A stretch of DNA of 20,956 nucleotides, from contig JAWARQ010000011.1 of the NCBI GenBank assembly GCA_038893355.1, forward strand, positions 1 to 20,956, given 5' to 3'. Below the pieces are notes generated by a model that was given only the letters and a program-made list of their open reading frames with translations, ran no database searches and was not told the origin of the DNA. Origin of the DNA: Sulfolobaceae archaeon. GTDB taxonomy: Archaea > Thermoproteota > Thermoprotei_A > Sulfolobales > Sulfolobaceae. Below are positions 17,455 to 20,956 of the stretch, in pieces. A program made the position numbers and the translations under genes. How positions within the stretch are numbered: the first letter of the stretch is position 1; every line of letters starts with the position of its first letter.

Positions 17455-18796
17455 TAATATTAGTAATAGTAAAAAATATGATTATGACGTGCTAGTAATA
17501 GGTACTGGTCCTGCTGGCTATACTGCCTCAATAATATTGGCTAGGGCAGGGAAAAGAGTAGTAGTAGCAGAAAAGGGGAAAGTAGGAGGTTTATGTGTAA
17601 ATTTAGGATGCGTTCCTAGCATCTTTCTTCATGATCTAGCATATTATTATTATAAGCTTCCAGAAGTATGTAAGAATTACGGTTTAGAAATTACTACAAA
17701 ACTCTCAAATTACATGGAAGAATTGGAAAGAATTATAAACCAGTTATCAGATGCTGGGAGATATCTAATTCAAGATGCTGGGGCAGAGCTAATTTATGGA
17801 GAGGCTGAGATTATAGACTTCCATCACGCAAAGGTGGGAGGGAAAATTATTAGTTTCGACAAGTTAATTATAGCCTCCGGTACTTCACCTAATTTCATTC
17901 CCGGTACGATTCCAGTAGACGAGTTATTCAGAACCAAGAAATTCCCCAGCTCTGTAATAATAATCGGAGGTGGCTATGCAGGTGTAGAGACGGCACAAAT
18001 GCTTTCCAGATTAGGTTCTAAGGTTACTTTAATTTCAAGGTCAAAAATTCTTAAGAATTTATCAGAAGATGCTAGGAAGCAGATTATCGAGAGTCTTCTT
18101 TGGGAAGAAATTGAGATTATTGATGACATAAAAAAATTTGAAATTAAGGAAAATAAAGTTATAATAGATAATAAGGAATTAAAAGCAGATATTATAGTTT
18201 CAGCGATAGGTAGAAAGCCTAATATACCAAAGGGTCTCGAAAAGTTAGGTGTGAAATTTGATAGTAACGGGATTATTGTAGACCATTTAATGAAAACTAA
18301 TGTTGAGAATGTTTATGCAATAGGTGACATTGTTAATCACAGGAACAAATTAGCGCATAAAGCTATAATGGAAGGAATAGTTGCCTCTCAAAATATTCTT
18401 GGAAACCAGATAACTATCGACTATGAGAGCATTCCAGAGGTTATTTATACAGACCCACAAATAGCGTTTGTAGGAAATAAAGAAAGTGCAGTGAGAGTAC
18501 TAAAATTTCCATTCTTAGCTTCTACAAGGGCAATAATAAGTGGTGAAAGGATTGGCTACATAAAATTGGGAATAGATAAACATGAGAGAGTAGTTTATGG
18601 AGAGATAGTGCACAGTAGGGCTGAGGATCTAATAAACGTGTTAACGATGGCTGTGAGGCTTAAAGTTAGTGTAAAGGATCTTGCCCTAATGAGCTTTGCA
18701 CATCCGTCATTGAGCGAGGTAATAGTTCAAGCTTCAAGAATTTTATACGATCTCGATACTGATTTAGGTAATGAATTCAGAAAAAGGTTAGAGTAG
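17429..18796 (+). CDS. Dihydrolipoamide dehydrogenase-like pyridine nucleotide-disulfide oxidoreductase
   Basis: FAD motif IGTGPAG, redox disulfide [15 protein letters not shown] motif IGGGYAG, YAIGD and C-terminal HPSLSE. The 5' end overlaps dsrE3A by 26 nt. Confidence 0.9.
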   Translation: MLIGHYSSNNISNSKKYDYDVLVIGTGPAGYTASIILARAGKRVVVAEKGKVGGLCVNLGCVPSIFLHDLAYYYYKLPEVCKNYGLEITTKLSNYMEELERIINQLSDAGRYLIQDAGAELIYGEAEIIDFHHAKVGGKIISFDKLIIASGTSPNFIPGTIPVDELFRTKKFPSSVIIIGGGYAGVETAQMLSRLGSKVTLISRSKILKNLSEDARKQIIESLLWEEIEIIDDIKKFEIKENKVIIDNKELKADIIVSAIGRKPNIPKGLEKLGVKFDSNGIIVDHLMKTNVENVYAIGDIVNHRNKLAHKAIMEGIVASQNILGNQITIDYESIPEVIYTDPQIAFVGNKESAVRVLKFPFLASTRAIISGERIGYIKLGIDKHERVVYGEIVHSRAEDLINVLTMAVRLKVSVKDLALMSFAHPSLSEVIVQASRILYDLDTDLGNEFRKRLE

Positions 18797-18808
18797 TATA
18801 AAAAGAAG

Positions 18809-19252
18809 CTATAATCTCTTACATGTAATTTTTTCAGAGGCTATTAACTCCTTTATCTTCTGTACAGCAGCCGCACCGGTATATAGTTTTTTCAATTCTT
18901 CTGGATTTAGTATTTTTATTTTAGCTATCCAACCCCTACCATACGGATCTTGGTTTATTAATATTGGGCTCTTTTCTACCTCAGAATTCTTCTCAACTAT
19001 CTCACAGCTTACTGGAGCTGGCACCGGTCCTGCCCACTTTCCACTTTCTAAAGTAGCTATAGGTCTACCTCTCTCCACTTTAGTTCCAGGAGATTTAATT
19101 CTAATTTTAACTATTCTACCAGCCATAGTTTGTGCTAGATCAGTTATTCCCATAATTCCTATATTACCCTCAACTTTCAACCATACTGTATTCTTCCCTT
19201 CAATATAGTAGTAAAGTCCCTCTGGAATTTCACAATTTGCTTCAACTACCAT
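18809..19252 (-). CDS. lbpA: Lipoate-binding protein LbpA (GcvH-like)
   Basis: Lipoyl motif LESGKWAGP, INQDPYGRGW, and cysteines near both termini (NCEIP, TCKRL), as in sHdr-associated LbpA. Confidence 0.9.
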   Translation of the reverse strand: MVVEANCEIPEGLYYYIEGKNTVWLKVEGNIGIMGITDLAQTMAGRIVKIRIKSPGTKVERGRPIATLESGKWAGPVPAPVSCEIVEKNSEVEKSPILINQDPYGRGWIAKIKILNPEELKKLYTGAAAVQKIKELIASEKITCKRL

Positions 19253-19420
19253 ACTACTAATCTTTTACAAGATTAATAAAAGTTTTAATATGTTAAGAAA
19301 GAGACGTTCAGGCAATAATTGAAGTTAAGAAGTGGAAAGAATTATATAACGTAAGGCCTATTCTATAGAAAGAGGGAAAAATTAAAAACAATTAAGGAAT
19401 TAGTAAAATAAGGTGAAAAA

Positions 19421-19852
19421 GTGGCTGAAGGTAAGAAAAAGAAACTTTCCATAATTGTATTCTCAGGAACTATTGATAAGCTAATGCCAGTTGGAATTCT
19501 ATCTTCTGCTGCAGCAGCTGGTGGTTATGAAGTTAACTTATTTTTCACCTTCTGGGGTCTACAAGCGATTACCAAAAAATCCTTATCTTCCTCAGCTCCT
19601 CCTAAACTTGATAAGAACTATGAGGAATTCTCTCAAATTTTAGGTAAGAGGATGCAAGAGTTAAAATATCCATCTTGGCATGAGTTAATTAGGCAAGCTA
19701 AGGAGATTGGGGAAGTTAAAGTTTATGCATGCTCAACAACTATGGAATTTTTCGGAGTTAAGAGGGAAGATCTTGCAGATTTTGTAGATGATGTTGTTGG
19801 TGCTGCAACATTTTTAGATAGAGCTGAAGGTGGTATAACACTATTCATTTGA
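19421..19852 (+). CDS. dsrE2B: DsrE2-type (DsrE/DsrF/DrsH-like) sulfur carrier
   Basis: LSIIVFSGTIDK, LFFTFWGL, VYACSTTM and VVGAATFL. GTG start preceded by the SD sequence AGGTGA. Confidence 0.85.
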   Translation: MAEGKKKKLSIIVFSGTIDKLMPVGILSSAAAAGGYEVNLFFTFWGLQAITKKSLSSSAPPKLDKNYEEFSQILGKRMQELKYPSWHELIRQAKEIGEVKVYACSTTMEFFGVKREDLADFVDDVVGAATFLDRAEGGITLFI

Positions 19853-19861
19853 GGTGTTTTT

Positions 19862-20101
19862 ATGAGTCAAGTTAAGGTTTCTAGGACTTTGGATTTGAGG
19901 GGAATGTATTGTCCAGGACCTGTCTTAGAGACTGCTAAGGCTATTAAGCAAGTTAATATTGGTGATGTTATTGAGGTTTTGGCTACTGACCCTGCTGCTG
20001 AGCCCGACTTACAAGCTTGGGCTAGGAGGACTGGGCAGGAGATAGTTGATATTAAGAAGGAAGGGGAAGTTATAAGAGTATTAATAAGAAGAGTAAAGTA
20101 G
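19862..20101 (+). CDS. tusA: TusA sulfurtransferase
   Basis: LDLRGMYCPGP motif and LATDP. SD sequence GAGGTG overlaps the dsrE2B stop codon. Confidence 0.95.
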   Translation: MSQVKVSRTLDLRGMYCPGPVLETAKAIKQVNIGDVIEVLATDPAAEPDLQAWARRTGQEIVDIKKEGEVIRVLIRRVK

Positions 20102-20106
20102 ATACA

Positions 20107-20120
20107 TTTTTTCCACTTTT
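20107..20120 (+). terminator. Oligo-T archaeal terminator after tusA
   Basis: TTTTTTCCACTTTT starts 6 nt after the stop codon. Confidence 0.45.
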
Positions 20121-20239
20121 CCTAAGAGCATGTTCTTATTTACTTTATCAGAACTCCTTTAAGATGGAGGAAGTTAGTTTCACGAAATAAATTGGATTAG
20201 TCGTATTGAGGATAATTTATTGCACGTTAATTTCCTAAA

Positions 20240-20411
20240 GGGGTCGGACTTTCATAGGGTTTCATATCAATCCTCGTCCTCATTCCCCCTGTCCGGCTCC
20301 CCACGCCTAGGTTAGGGAGCATACCTCCCAGCCACGACATGGGGAGCTTCATCGAACCCTTCCTTCCCCTCACATTGCTCCTCGGGTTCATTGTAGGGCC
20401 CTCTTCTACAT
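20240..20411 (-). ncRNA. Putative structured RNA (omegaRNA-like or IS end) transcribed away from the AbrB-like/tnpB genes
   Basis: GC-rich island with several stems: 20392-96/20406-10, 20354-59/20384-89, and 20296-20303/20340-47 (extends by G-U pairs only on the minus strand). TATA box TTTTTAAA (20440-20433, minus strand) lies about 22 nt upstream. Ends in ATGAAA repeats. Confidence 0.5.
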
Positions 20412-20461
20412 GCTAAAAAATGTATGGCAAAATTTAAAAATTTTTCTGCTAATAACAACAT

Positions 20462-20623
20462 ATGGAGCAGATAGTTTTCCACGGAGTAATATCCTCTGCA
20501 GGGAGCGACAAATACGGTGAGAAGAGGTACGCAATATACATTCCCAAGAGCGTGAAGGAGAAGGCAGAAAAAATAGCTGGGAAGAAGGTGGTGGTAATTG
20601 TTGTCGTCCCAGATGATGAATAA
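20462..20623 (+). CDS. Small AbrB/MazE-like (swapped-hairpin) putative DNA-binding protein, 53 aa, absent from the ORF track
   Basis: Manual translation gives MEQIVFHGVISSAGSDKYGEKRYAIYIPKSVKEKAEKIAGKKVVVIVVVPDDE*, with an IYIPKSV...GKKVVV pattern. TTTAAAAA lies 21 nt upstream. Overlaps the next start codon. Confidence 0.75.
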   Translation: MEQIVFHGVISSAGSDKYGEKRYAIYIPKSVKEKAEKIAGKKVVVIVVVPDDE

Positions 20624-20828
20624 AATAATCGGGTCGAAAGAAGCACTAGATAACTTCCAGTTCGTGACGATAAACGGGAAAGTCGTATTCCACGATAAGG
20701 AGAGGGTACTAAGGATTGCCAGGGCCTACTCGCAAGTAGTCAAGAGTGCTATAAATCCATTACTTGAGGGGAGGAATATTGAAGAACTTACGAAGGGGCT
20801 CTACTCAATCTTGCCGAACTACATTTAC
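20613..20828 (+). pseudogene. tnpB: N-terminal fragment of a TnpB-related protein, interrupted by a second IS
   Basis: MMNKIIGSKEALDNFQFVTINGKVVF...YSILPNYIY resembles N-termini of Sulfolobales TnpB-related proteins (recalled, not searched). The sequence switches to an IS left end right after TTAC (20825-20828). Confidence 0.6.
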
Positions 20829-20956
20829 AAAAAAATGGGGGTTAAGGGGGCGGAAAGCCTCGCCTCTCTGAGGCGGGGATGGATAGCCCCCTTATAAAGT
20901 TTAAATATTAGCTCTTTTAATTTTCTCCTAATGGCTAGGAGGGTTAAAGCGATCAG
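20829..20956 (+). mobile_element. Left end and start of an ISC1316-like IS200/IS605 (tnpB-only) element
   Basis: Subterminal hairpin CCTCGCCTC-TCT-GAGGCGGGG (20858-20878) inside an outer inverted repeat TAAGGGGGC/GCCCCCTTA (20843-20851/20886-20894). TATA box at 20900-20907. Confidence 0.8.
20931..20956 (+). CDS. tnpB: TnpB (ISC1316 type), 5' end only; runs off the window
   Basis: ATG at 20931 gives MARRVKAI(R), the N-terminus I recognise from ISC1316-family TnpB. TATA box 23 nt upstream. Confidence 0.75.

Noticed and set aside
15185-19252. Glycine cleavage system or 2-oxoacid dehydrogenase interpretation
   Set aside because: No P/T proteins or E1/E2 subunits are present; the ESxKW motif and the dsrE/tusA/lipS context indicate LbpA-type carriers.
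14936-20646. ORFs 14936..15121, 17145..17357 and 20449..20646
   Set aside because: Antisense to the HAD-like gene, dsrE3A and the AbrB-like gene respectively.
20829-20897. C-terminal KKMGVKGAESLASLRRGWIAPL of ORF 20598..20897
   Set aside because: Read-through into the hairpin left end of the inserted IS, not genuine protein sequence.
1-20956. CRISPR array, tRNA or rRNA
   Set aside because: No regularly spaced repeats with unique spacers and no tRNA- or rRNA-like sequence were seen.

Overview
AT-rich archaeal window, very probably Sulfolobales (leaderless genes about 21-24 nt downstream of TTTA-type TATA boxes, Sulfolobus-type DsrE/TusA proteins and IS elements). It has four parts. (1) 1-535: a dienelactone hydrolase gene truncated by an apparent IS insertion at the left edge. 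(2) 739-9152: a complete Mo/W-bisPGD (DMSO reductase family) respiratory complex split into two divergent arms around one central TATA box. The left arm encodes a very large Tat-signal catalytic subunit, a TorD-type chaperone and a polyferredoxin. The right arm encodes a second polyferredoxin, a hypothetical protein, a 4x[4Fe-4S] subunit and an NrfD/PsrC anchor. (3) 9917-20101: the lipoate-assembly and sulfur-trafficking module normally tied to the sulfur-oxidizing heterodisulfide reductase-like (sHdr) system: two lipoate:protein ligases, LipS1, LipS2, two GcvH/LbpA-like carriers, a dihydrolipoamide dehydrogenase-like protein, DsrE3A, DsrE2B and TusA. No hdr genes are in the window. (4) 20150-20956: nested TnpB-type mobile elements, including a structured putative RNA that lies back-to-back with a small AbrB-like gene and a truncated tnpB. 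Two small genes missing from the ORF track (a YHS/TRASH-like protein and the AbrB-like protein) and a membrane gene with an in-frame TAG were found by manual reading. Family assignments come from motif recognition and recall, not from database searches.
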